A DNA stretch of 64,000 nt from Gaiellaceae bacterium. GTDB taxonomy: Bacteria > Actinomycetota > Thermoleophilia > Gaiellales > Gaiellaceae. The notes below the pieces were generated by a model. It ran no database searches and had not been told where the DNA came from. It worked only from the letters and a program-made list of their open reading frames with translations. Of the stretch, positions 18,814 to 26,955 are shown in pieces (position 1 is the first letter of the stretch; every line of letters begins with the position of its first letter). Made by a program: the position numbers and the translations under genes. The stretch lies in contig DASRGD010000051.1 in assembly GCA_035651195.1 (NCBI GenBank), forward strand, positions 27,476 to 91,475. The letters are read 5' to 3'.

Positions 18814-19626
18814 TTGCGAGGGTACCTGTCGCGAATCCGAACAGCGTCGACTTCGCCGACGCGCTGGGCGCGCCGAGTCGGTCTGCTCCTGATGGTCGCA
18901 GGCGCTCTGACGGTCGCCTGGGCGGTCGTCGTCTGGCGCTGGCAGGACCCGTTCACGGCGCTGTACACGCTCTACGAGCAGCATCGGCTCGCGCAGACCT
19001 ACGAGCGCCGCGCGAGGGCGTTCGTCGCCGAGCCGCCCGTGCGCAGCGTCTTCGCGGGGAGCCCGAGGACCGGTCGCCTGCCGTCGGGGCGGGCGATCGC
19101 CGCCGCCGAGGCGAGGGTGATCGCCGCCGACGCGCGGCGCTACCGGCTCGAGTCCCGCGAAGGCGAGCCGCTGGGGCGGATCGTCGTGCCGCGCCTCGGG
19201 CTCGACATGATCTTCGTCGACGGCACCGGCGAGGCGTCGCTGGAGCATGGTCCGGGCCGCGCGCTGCAGTCGTTCATGCCGGGCGAGGACCGGCTCGTCT
19301 ACATCGCCGGGCACCGGACGACGTTCCTCGCGCCCTTCGCCCACATCGACGCGCTCAGGCGCGGCGATCCGATCACGCTCGAGCTCCCGTACGCGACGTT
19401 CGCCTACCGCGTCACCGGGCACGTCGTCGTTCCCGCAACCGACCTCTCCGTGCTTCGCTCCGGCCGCAGCGAGCTGCTCGCACTGCAGGCCTGCCACCCC
19501 CGCTTCTTCGCGACGCATCGGTACATCGTCTACGCGCGTCTCGTCGAGGTGATCCCGAAGGTCGCTCCAGGGCGCCCGTACACGACCAGGTGGGCGCGGC
19601 TCATCCGAGCAGCTCCGACGCGGTGA
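18814..19626 (+). CDS. Sortase (class E/F-like transpeptidase)
   Basis: N-terminal TM segment, His motif YIAGHRTT, catalytic Cys motif LALQACHP (TLxTC-type), and a downstream Arg (RYIVYARL). The start is uncertain: TTG 18814 or ATG 18892. Confidence 0.8.
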   Translation: MRGYLSRIRTASTSPTRWARRVGLLLMVAGALTVAWAVVVWRWQDPFTALYTLYEQHRLAQTYERRARAFVAEPPVRSVFAGSPRTGRLPSGRAIAAAEARVIAADARRYRLESREGEPLGRIVVPRLGLDMIFVDGTGEASLEHGPGRALQSFMPGEDRLVYIAGHRTTFLAPFAHIDALRRGDPITLELPYATFAYRVTGHVVVPATDLSVLRSGRSELLALQACHPRFFATHRYIVYARLVEVIPKVAPGRPYTTRWARLIRAAPTR

Positions 19627-20197
19627 CGAGCTCGAAGCCGCTCGCACGAAGACGCGGGACGACGGTCGCGACGGCATCGACGGTCGGCTGCCGGTCACTG
19701 CTCGCGGTCGACGAGGCCGGCGGCACGCCGTCGTGGAGCCCGACGATCGCGCCCGGCCTCGCCCGGGCGAGCACGAGCGTGGCGATCACCGCCGCCGAAG
19801 CGGTCGGGAGCCAGTCCGGTGGCGTGATGTCCGCGCGTGTGTGGGCGAGACCGAGCTCGGCCGCGATCGCCGACACACGGGCGTCGACGTCGTAGTGCGG
19901 TGCGCGGAAACGCCGCGGCGTCTGACCGAGCAGTCGCGTGAGAGCCGCGTTCGTCCGGCTCAGCTCCTCGCGGACGCGGTCGTCGTCGCAATCGCGCGCG
20001 AGCCACGGGTGCGACCAGGTGTGGTTCCCGACCTCGTGCCCGGCGGCAACGAGCCGGCGCAGGACGCCACGGCGCTCGCCTGCCAGGCTGCCGATGACGA
20101 AGAAGGTGGCCCGCCCGCCGTTCGTCGCGAAGATCTCGGCGATCGGCTCGCTCCACGCGGAGGGGCCGTCGTCGAACGTCATCGCGATCTGCGCCAC
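19601..20197 (-). CDS. Polysaccharide deacetylase (NodB homology, CE4)
   Basis: Motifs MTFDDGP, HEVGNHTWSH and RAPHY. The GTG start directly abuts the stop of the upstream flippase-fusion gene. Confidence 0.85.
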   Translation of the reverse strand: MAQIAMTFDDGPSAWSEPIAEIFATNGGRATFFVIGSLAGERRGVLRRLVAAGHEVGNHTWSHPWLARDCDDDRVREELSRTNAALTRLLGQTPRRFRAPHYDVDARVSAIAAELGLAHTRADITPPDWLPTASAAVIATLVLARARPGAIVGLHDGVPPASSTASSDRQPTVDAVATVVPRLRASGFELVTASELLG

Positions 20198-22912
20198 CTA
20201 CGGTCTCCGAACCGCTGCGAGAACGCGGCGGCCGGCGGCGAGCGGCAACTGCCACGCGTGGGCAAGTCCCCACCGCGCACGCAGATGCGCCGGCAGCGCC
20301 GCGGCGGTGCGAGCGAGCGAGGCGCCCGAGGTGGCGGCGAGGAGCGACGACAGCACCTCGGCCAGCGCGCCGTGCCCGGCGAGCCTCCCGGACGAGAATT
20401 CGAAGGCGAGGCGCTCGCGGCGCGTCGGCGTCCAGCGGCAGAGCCAGTCGTGGGCGACTCGAAGCCGTTCCGGCATCCGGAGCGGGAGACCGAGGAGCAC
20501 GTCGAACGCCTCTCTCAGCCGAAGGGCTTGCCCCCGCGTCACCGCCAGCTCGATCAGGCGGTCCCAGTCGACCTCCTGACCGCGCAGGATCATCACCGCG
20601 TCGACGAGCCACTGTGTCGGGGGCAGCGGCCCGTAGCGGGCGCCGGCGACGCAGACGGCAAGCAGCGCGTCTGTCGGCGTCGGCACCAGCACCCGTGTCC
20701 CGCCGACGCTGTAGCGCTGGGCGTCGCGCCAGAGCGGCGCCTCGGCCGGCTCGTCGTCGGGGCCGCGGAAGTCGAGCGCGAGCGACGAGCGCAGGATGCA
20801 CATGCTGCCGTTCTGGTCGAAGAGGACGCGCCAGCCGGGAAACGCGTCGCTCCCCGGCCCGGCCGCCCACCCCAGGCGCTCGAGCCGATTCGTCGCCTCG
20901 GCGACGTCGTTCCCGGCGAGGAGCACGTGGATCGACGACGTCGGGCGCAGGCCGAGGTCGCCGTAGAAGCGCGTTGCGAGCGTCGGGCCCTCGAGGAAGA
21001 GCGTCGCGATACCGGCGGCGCGAAGCGCGTCCGAGATCTCGCTCGTCTGCTCGAGCAGGAGGTTGTTCTTCACCCACGAGCGCCGGTAGATCCCCTTCAG
21101 CAGCGGCAGGCGCGGGTCGTCCTCGCCGGCGCCCGACAGGTTTCGGTACACGAGGGGCAGGAGCTCGAACGAGCCGGGCTCGAGGTCGGTGACCGAGAAG
21201 GTCTCCGGCAGGCGCCGCCAGATGTGCCGTGCGCCGGCCGCGTCCCCGAGCGCAACGGCGAACAGCTGCTCCTGGAGACGGGTCGGCCGGTAGCGGCCGA
21301 TGTCGCGGGTCGCGGCGGCTCGCCGCCCGTGGTCGCGGCCGAGCCTGTTCTCGAGCAGGGTCGGCAGCGGCCGCGCGAGCAGGGGGATCCGCTCCCGGAG
21401 CACGTCTCGCACCTCTGCGACGAGGGCGGGCGCGGCGACGACGAGGATCACCGCGTACAGCAGCAGCGCAGCCGCCCCGGCGAGGAAGAGCTGGGCGGCC
21501 GCGGGCGCGCCCGCGACCTCGAGGCCGTGGCGGACGCCCCAGGCTCCGGCCGCCGCGACCGCAGCGAGCGGCAGGATCGTTCCCCCGGCGAGCAGGGCCT
21601 CGCGGAAGCTGAAGCGCATGACGCGCGTGGTGACGTAGGTGTCGACGAGGACGAGCGGCCACTTGACGGCGGCGTAGGAGGCGGCGACGCCGACGGCGCC
21701 CCAGCGGACGCCGACCGCGAACGCCGCCAGGGTTACGGCCGTGACGAAGAAGTCGAGCCGGAGCGCGATCCCCACCCTCCCCGTCCCCTGCAGCACGGTC
21801 CAGTTCAGGGTGACGAGCGAGTGGGCGACCCCGGCGACCGCCAGCAGCTCGATCACCGGCACCGCCGCGTGCCACTTCTGGCCGAAGAGGACACGCACGA
21901 GATCGGGCGCCGTTACGGCGATGACCATGAAGGCCGGCGCGAGCAACGAGGCGGAAAGGCGCTTGCTGCGCAGCCACGCGCTGCGCATGCGCGGCACGTC
22001 GTCCTGCATGCGCGCGAGCGCCGGGTAGACCACGCCCGAGATCGGGTTCGCGATCCGGATCATCGGCGTGAACACGACGTTGTACGCGAGCGAGTAGGCC
22101 CCGAGCGCGGACGCGCCGGCGAAGCGGCCGACGAGCGCGTTGTCGACGTTGAGGTTCGCGTAGTTGAGCAGGCGGATGCCGAACAAGCGCGCGCCGAAGC
22201 TGCTCAGGTGGCGGAGGTGCGCGAGCGAGAACACGCGCCGCGGCCGCCACGACGAGAGACGCCAGAGCAGCAGCGTCGAAGCCGCCGACGCGACGAGCGA
22301 GTTGCCGATGATCGCCCACGGCCCGAAGCCGGCGAACGCGAGCGCGAGCGCGGCGACCCCACCGCAGAGGACGCCGGCGATCTCGCGGAGCTCGAGGCTG
22401 CGGTACGAGAGCCGACGCGTGAGCAGCGCGACCTGCGTCGTCGAGAGCGCGGCGAGCGGGAACGAGAACGAGAGACCGATCACGAGGTTGCGCACCTCGT
22501 GTCGTCCGAAGAAGTCCGCGACGAGCCCCGAGAGCGCGATCGAGACGCCCATCACGAAGACGCCGAACGCGAGCGAGGCCCAGAACACCGTCGACCGATC
22601 CTCCTCCGTGATCTCGCGCCGCTGCACGAGCGCGCCTCCGAGCGCAAGGTCCGAGAAGAGGGTCACGAGGCCGGAGAAGACGAACGCCATCCCGGCGACG
22701 CCGTAGTCTGCGGGTATCAGCAGGCGCGCGAGCACGATCGCGACGACGACGCGCGTCACCTCGGAGACGCCGATCGTGAGCGTCTTCCAGCCGAACCCGC
22801 TCAGCACGGCGGAGGTCATGCCGCCCGTGGCCTCGATCGAGCCCACCTCCTCGGCGGCGACCGGAGGCGCGCCGTCGGGAGGGTTCGAGGTCGCGTCGGT
22901 GCGGGCGGTCAA
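20198..22912 (-). CDS. Fusion protein: Wzx-type polysaccharide flippase (MOP superfamily) plus a C-terminal PF14907-like uncharacterised nucleotidyltransferase domain
   Basis: Single 904-aa ORF with no internal stop. Residues ~30-505 are multi-TM Wzx-like. Residues ~540-904 resemble the stand-alone ORF 26956..27993 (LLPLVYRNL, GIATLFLEGPTLATRFYGDLGLRPTSSIHVLL, then a helical tail). Confidence 0.7.
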   Translation of the reverse strand: MTARTDATSNPPDGAPPVAAEEVGSIEATGGMTSAVLSGFGWKTLTIGVSEVTRVVVAIVLARLLIPADYGVAGMAFVFSGLVTLFSDLALGGALVQRREITEEDRSTVFWASLAFGVFVMGVSIALSGLVADFFGRHEVRNLVIGLSFSFPLAALSTTQVALLTRRLSYRSLELREIAGVLCGGVAALALAFAGFGPWAIIGNSLVASAASTLLLWRLSSWRPRRVFSLAHLRHLSSFGARLFGIRLLNYANLNVDNALVGRFAGASALGAYSLAYNVVFTPMIRIANPISGVVYPALARMQDDVPRMRSAWLRSKRLSASLLAPAFMVIAVTAPDLVRVLFGQKWHAAVPVIELLAVAGVAHSLVTLNWTVLQGTGRVGIALRLDFFVTAVTLAAFAVGVRWGAVGVAASYAAVKWPLVLVDTYVTTRVMRFSFREALLAGGTILPLAAVAAAGAWGVRHGLEVAGAPAAAQLFLAGAAALLLYAVILVVAAPALVAEVRDVLRERIPLLARPLPTLLENRLGRDHGRRAAATRDIGRYRPTRLQEQLFAVALGDAAGARHIWRRLPETFSVTDLEPGSFELLPLVYRNLSGAGEDDPRLPLLKGIYRRSWVKNNLLLEQTSEISDALRAAGIATLFLEGPTLATRFYGDLGLRPTSSIHVLLAGNDVAEATNRLERLGWAAGPGSDAFPGWRVLFDQNGSMCILRSSLALDFRGPDDEPAEAPLWRDAQRYSVGGTRVLVPTPTDALLAVCVAGARYGPLPPTQWLVDAVMILRGQEVDWDRLIELAVTRGQALRLREAFDVLLGLPLRMPERLRVAHDWLCRWTPTRRERLAFEFSSGRLAGHGALAEVLSSLLAATSGASLARTAAALPAHLRARWGLAHAWQLPLAAGRRVLAAVRRP

Positions 22913-23013
22913 GCGCCGGCCCTTGCCCGCGACTCCCGCCCGCGCCGCGCCCGCATACCATCCGCAGGCCCATGCCCGGCAGGCGGTCCACCGGATTCGC
23001 TCGGTCGTCGTTC

Positions 23014-23835
23014 ATGCGCGCTCGTCACTTCGGCATCCGCGTCTCGCACCGGCTCGGAAGGATCGAGCCCCTGGGCGGGTCGCGGCCCGGGATCGCGATC
23101 ACGGGCGGCGGCGGGACGATCGGCCGGATCCTCCGCGACGGGCTGAGCGACGCGTATGCGATCCGGACGATCGACCTGATGCCCCTCGAAGGAGTCGACG
23201 TGGTCGCCGACACGCGCAACCTCGACCGGACGCAGGCCGCGTTCGCAGGCGCCGGGACCGTCGTCGACCTGGCGGCGGACGCGGGCGTGCGCACGCCCTG
23301 GGAGGACGTCCGCGAGAACAACCTCGCCGCCACGGTCGCCGCGCTGGAGGCGGCGCGCCGCGCCGGCGTCCGCCGTGTCGTCTTCGCGAGCACGAACCAC
23401 GTCACCGGCATGTACGAGCTGGACGAGCCGTACGCATCCGTCGTCGCCGGCCGCTACGACGGCCTCGATCCGGCCGCGCTGCCGCGGCTGCGGGCCGACT
23501 GGCCGATCAGGCCCGACAGCTTCTACGCCGTCGGCAAGGCCGCCGGCGAGGCGGCGGGTCGGTTCTACTCCGACGAGCACGGCCTCTCCGTCATCTGCCT
23601 CCGCATCGGCTCCGTGAGCGCGTCGAACCGTCCGCGTGACGTCCGCGAGTACGCGACGCTGCTCACGCACCGTGACCTCGTGCAGCTCGTCCTGCGGTGC
23701 ATCGAGGCGCCGGCCGACGTCCGCTTCGGCGTGTTCTACGGCGTCTCCGCGAACACGTGGCGCATCTGGGACATCGAGGACGCGCGGGCGACGCTCGGCT
23801 ACGAGCCGGTCGACGACGCGGAGCGCTTCCGCTGA
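23014..23835 (+). CDS. NAD-dependent epimerase/dehydratase-family protein (uronate-dehydrogenase-like layout)
   Basis: Rossmann motif ITGGGGTIGR, then FASTNHVTG and YAVGKAAGE (YxxxK). The C-terminal WDIEDARATLGYEPVDDAERF resembles Udh-type enzymes from memory. The start could also be 22972. Confidence 0.7.
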   Translation: MRARHFGIRVSHRLGRIEPLGGSRPGIAITGGGGTIGRILRDGLSDAYAIRTIDLMPLEGVDVVADTRNLDRTQAAFAGAGTVVDLAADAGVRTPWEDVRENNLAATVAALEAARRAGVRRVVFASTNHVTGMYELDEPYASVVAGRYDGLDPAALPRLRADWPIRPDSFYAVGKAAGEAAGRFYSDEHGLSVICLRIGSVSASNRPRDVREYATLLTHRDLVQLVLRCIEAPADVRFGVFYGVSANTWRIWDIEDARATLGYEPVDDAERFR

Positions 23836-23878
23836 CGAGGCGTCTCCGGCTGCCGACCGTGCGGCGCGCCCACCGGCG

Positions 23879-24619
23879 TCAGGGCTGCGGCTCACGTCGA
23901 CCGAGCAACGCCGCCTCGGCGGCGGCGGAAGACGCCTGCGCTCGACGCCGGTCGAGTGCCGCTTTCAGAACGTGGAGGTATTGCTGCCGCGAGTCGCGTT
24001 CGCGCAGGCCGTTGTTCGCGAGGTGGAGCCGGCGTTCGAGCACGACCTCCGGCAGCATCGCGCTGCGCAGCCCCGCCTCGACCGCGCGCGCGTACCAGTC
24101 GACGGTGACACCGACCTTCACGTCCTCGGCGAAGGGGCCGACGCGGGCGAAGGACTCGCGCCTGATGAGCATCAGGTTCGGCGCCGTCCACGGAAGCGGC
24201 TGCGGCGCCGGCGGCCGCACGGTCGCCCGCTGCTCCTCGCTCAGCTCCGGGCTGACGAACTCGCGCACGTGCCCGAAGACCACGTCGAGCGCCGGATCCG
24301 ACTCCAGGGCCGCGAACTGCAACTCGAGCTTGTCGGCGACGAAGCGGTCGTCGGCGTCGAGGAAGGCGTAGAGCGCGCCCGAGGCGAGGCGCACGGCGTG
24401 GTTGCGCGCGGCGCCGTTGCCGGCGTTTTCCTGGTGGGCGAAGGTGAGCGCGTCGCCGTACGACCGGGCGACGTCGGCCGACCCGTCGTCGGAGCCGTCG
24501 TCGACGACGATCAGCTCGAGCGGCCGATAGCTCTGGGCGAGGACGCTGTCGATCGCCTCGCCGAGATACGGCGCCGCGTTGTAGACGCCGATCATGACGC
24601 TGATGAGCGGGCGGGTCAC
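23879..24619 (-). CDS. GT2-family glycosyltransferase
   Basis: Motifs ISVMIGVYNAAPYLGEAIDSVLAQSY, VVDDGSDDGS and LDADD. The GTG at 24617-24619 forms a GTGA overlap with the upstream stop. Confidence 0.85.
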   Translation of the reverse strand: MTRPLISVMIGVYNAAPYLGEAIDSVLAQSYRPLELIVVDDGSDDGSADVARSYGDALTFAHQENAGNGAARNHAVRLASGALYAFLDADDRFVADKLELQFAALESDPALDVVFGHVREFVSPELSEEQRATVRPPAPQPLPWTAPNLMLIRRESFARVGPFAEDVKVGVTVDWYARAVEAGLRSAMLPEVVLERRLHLANNGLRERDSRQQYLHVLKAALDRRRAQASSAAAEAALLGRREPQP

Positions 24620-25296
24620 GCCGCTCCCCCGCCGACTGCCCGCTCCCGCTCGAGCTTCTGGCGGAGCGAGCGAAGCAGCGGGCTCGTGGACGGTGGCGCG
24701 GCCGTCAGGTTGCGGCCGTGGAAGCGGCGGAAGAGGATGATCTCCGGGATCACCTCGATCCGGATGCCACGCTCGCGGAGCCTGAACAACAGGTCCATGT
24801 CCTCGCTGTGCGTGAATGACTCGTCGAAGCCGCCGACGGCTTCGAAGACGCGGCGCCTGATCATCGCCGAGAGGAGAGGGATGCCGTCGACGTCGCCGTA
24901 GACCGCGTCGCGCGCGAGCCACGGCGGCGGGTCGATCCACTCCTGCCGGCCGAGGACACAGCCGACCTCGGGATGCCCGACCAGGAAGCCTGCCTGCGCC
25001 GCCAGCCGCGTCGGCGGCCAGAGGTCGTCGGCGTCGAAGAACGCGAGCAGCTCTCCCTGAGAGGCCGCGACGGCAGCGTTTCGCGCGGCCGCCGCGCCGG
25101 CGTTCGACTGCCGGATCGTGCGCAGCTCCGGATGCGCCGCGAGGATCTCGGGCGTGCGATCGGTCGAGCCGTCGTCGCAGACCACGACCTCGAAAGGGTC
25201 GTAGTCCTGCGCGAGGATGCTCGCGATCGCGTCCTCGAGGAACTCCTCCGCCTGGAAGGCGGGCATGATCACGCTGACGAGCGGGCGGCTCTCCAC
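24616..25296 (-). CDS. GT2-family glycosyltransferase
   Basis: Motifs VSVIMPAFQAEEFLEDAIASILAQDY, VCDDGSTD and FDADD. GTG start 4 nt downstream of the HprK-like stop. Confidence 0.85.
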   Translation of the reverse strand: MESRPLVSVIMPAFQAEEFLEDAIASILAQDYDPFEVVVCDDGSTDRTPEILAAHPELRTIRQSNAGAAAARNAAVAASQGELLAFFDADDLWPPTRLAAQAGFLVGHPEVGCVLGRQEWIDPPPWLARDAVYGDVDGIPLLSAMIRRRVFEAVGGFDESFTHSEDMDLLFRLRERGIRIEVIPEIILFRRFHGRNLTAAPPSTSPLLRSLRQKLERERAVGGGAA

Positions 25297-25300
25297 GGCT

Positions 25301-26422
25301 TCAGGCGCCGGCGCCGACGGTGGCGATCAGGTCACGGATCGCGTGCGGGATCGAGGCGATGTCCGATCCGAGCTCGAGCACGTAGCTGGGGACGCGCTCG
25401 ACGAGGCGACGCACCCGGACGAGCGAGTCCTGCCCCCGCGTGTGCATCTGGAAGACGGTGCTCGGTGCGAGCGCCGTGAAGCCGGCCACCGGCGACGCCT
25501 CGAAGTACCTCGCCTCGACGAGACCGGGCGTGATGCGCGGCAGGACGACCGCGCGCAGCGGGAACCCTGCAGTGATCTTCGCCGGCCAGTGCTCGTTCAC
25601 GTACACGACCGCCTTCTCGATCGCGAGGTGGTCGCGGTTCGCCAAGGCGTCGAGCAGGAACGGCAGCCGCTCGACATGATTCTGCATCAGCTTGCCGGAG
25701 CCGTAGAGGCAGTGGACCTGCGGCTGCGTGTCGAGCGAGACGGCGATGTAGTCGTCGCCCGCGTAGAAGAGGTCGGCGTCCAGGCTCGAGAGCGCGGCCG
25801 TGGACTTGCCGGAGCCGCTCTTGCCGACGAGCACGACGCCGCCCTCGTCGGTGCCGACGGCGCCGGCATGGAGCATGTGCATGCCGCGCGCGCGCAGCCA
25901 CCAGTCGAGCAGGTAGACGAGCGGCGTCGCCTGTTCCCAGTACGGAATGCGGCGCGCGTCGGCGACCCAGTACCAGCCTCTGGCGTTGCTCGTCTCGAGC
26001 ACGCTCAGCGCCGGCGTCGGCGCGTTCGGGTAGACGGCGAGGACGCGGGCGTCTCCGCTCGTGCCGAGCTGGAAGCCGGCGCGGAGCTGGTGATTGCTGA
26101 AGTAGAAGAACGCGCCGGGCGCCTCCTCGTCCTCCGTGTTCGGGAGCGGCGGCGGCGACCCGCCCGACTCAGCGTCCCACAGGTTCACCGTCAGGTCCGG
26201 CTGCCCTGCCGGCTCGTCGAGCTCGAGATGCGCGAAGGCCCGGCCGAGCCGACGCAGCATCTCGGGGTGCGGGGAGCGGAGGCGCACCGTCGCGTCCGCG
26301 AGCCGGACGTCGCGCTCCTCGACGACCGACGCCGCGCGCACGGCGGCCTCGAAGCTCGCGGCGAGCGGCTCGAGCTCGCCGAAGCCGAGGTCGGCCGACC
26401 GGACCGCAGACGCCGCCGTCAC
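25301..26422 (-). CDS. HPr-kinase/phosphorylase-like P-loop protein (HprK-related kinase) with an unassigned N-terminal ~190 aa
   Basis: P-loop LVGKSGSGKST, followed by AGDDYIAV as in the HprK/P catalytic core. The GTG at 26420-26422 gives a GTGA overlap with the PqqD-like stop; an alternative GTG lies at 26455. Confidence 0.6.
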   Translation of the reverse strand: MTAASAVRSADLGFGELEPLAASFEAAVRAASVVEERDVRLADATVRLRSPHPEMLRRLGRAFAHLELDEPAGQPDLTVNLWDAESGGSPPPLPNTEDEEAPGAFFYFSNHQLRAGFQLGTSGDARVLAVYPNAPTPALSVLETSNARGWYWVADARRIPYWEQATPLVYLLDWWLRARGMHMLHAGAVGTDEGGVVLVGKSGSGKSTAALSSLDADLFYAGDDYIAVSLDTQPQVHCLYGSGKLMQNHVERLPFLLDALANRDHLAIEKAVVYVNEHWPAKITAGFPLRAVVLPRITPGLVEARYFEASPVAGFTALAPSTVFQMHTRGQDSLVRVRRLVERVPSYVLELGSDIASIPHAIRDLIATVGAGA

Positions 26423-26877
26423 GTCGTCGCGACGTCCGGGCGCGCATGCGGCCACCCGGCAGCGTCCACTTCGTGGACCGGATCGAGCAGGACGAGGTCC
26501 TGCATGTCCGTGTACTTCTCGAGCACGGGCGTCTCGAACGACCTCGCGCCGTCGGTCGCGGCCACGCCGTTCGCGACCGACGTGGAGGGCACGGCCTGGT
26601 CGACCTCGGCGACGAGCTCTTCTCGCCGCAGCTCCTCGAGGAACCGGCCGATCTCTCCCTCGACCGCATCGAGCGGGTTGTCGAAGCGACGAGCGACCGC
26701 TGCCGCGATCTCGTGCGCGTCGGCGCCCGGCGACGCCTGAACCACGTCCCAGATGTCCGCGCCGGCGCCCTTGACGCTGTAGTAGTTGCCCGTCGCGAGG
26801 TTGATGATGATGACCTCGCCGTCGATCGTCTCGTGAATCACTTGCGGGGCGTTCACCCGCAGACCCGATCTCTTCAT
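26419..26877 (-). CDS. PqqD-family (RiPP-recognition-element-like) protein with a ~60-aa C-terminal extension
   Basis: The block IHETIDGEVIIINLATGNYYSVKGAGADIWDVV...EIAAAVARRF...AVEGEIGRFLEELRREELV fits the PqqD winged-helix pattern. GGAGGA SD about 6 nt upstream of the ATG at 26875-26877. Confidence 0.6.
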   Translation of the reverse strand: MKRSGLRVNAPQVIHETIDGEVIIINLATGNYYSVKGAGADIWDVVQASPGADAHEIAAAVARRFDNPLDAVEGEIGRFLEELRREELVAEVDQAVPSTSVANGVAATDGARSFETPVLEKYTDMQDLVLLDPVHEVDAAGWPHARPDVATT

Positions 26878-26955
26878 CGCGCGCTCCTCCACCAACGGCC
26901 GGGAATATGGTCGAAAACGTACACTGCCCACTCCGGAGTCGTACTACTCAGGGGG

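Noticed and set aside
17517-18968. Full-length 483-aa version of GHL15 paralog 1 starting at 18968
   Set aside because: The first ~52 residues overlap the divergent sortase gene and are Arg/Thr-rich with no function-like features. A GTG at 18810-18812 lies just before the TM segment. The exact start remains uncertain.
19695-23146. Two ORFs of more than 1100 aa on opposite strands (19695..23015 minus, 19733..23146 plus)
   Set aside because: They have extreme Arg/Ala/Pro/Gly composition. They are off-frame or antisense to recognisable genes (CE4 deacetylase, Wzx fusion). These are the shadow ORFs expected in very GC-rich DNA.
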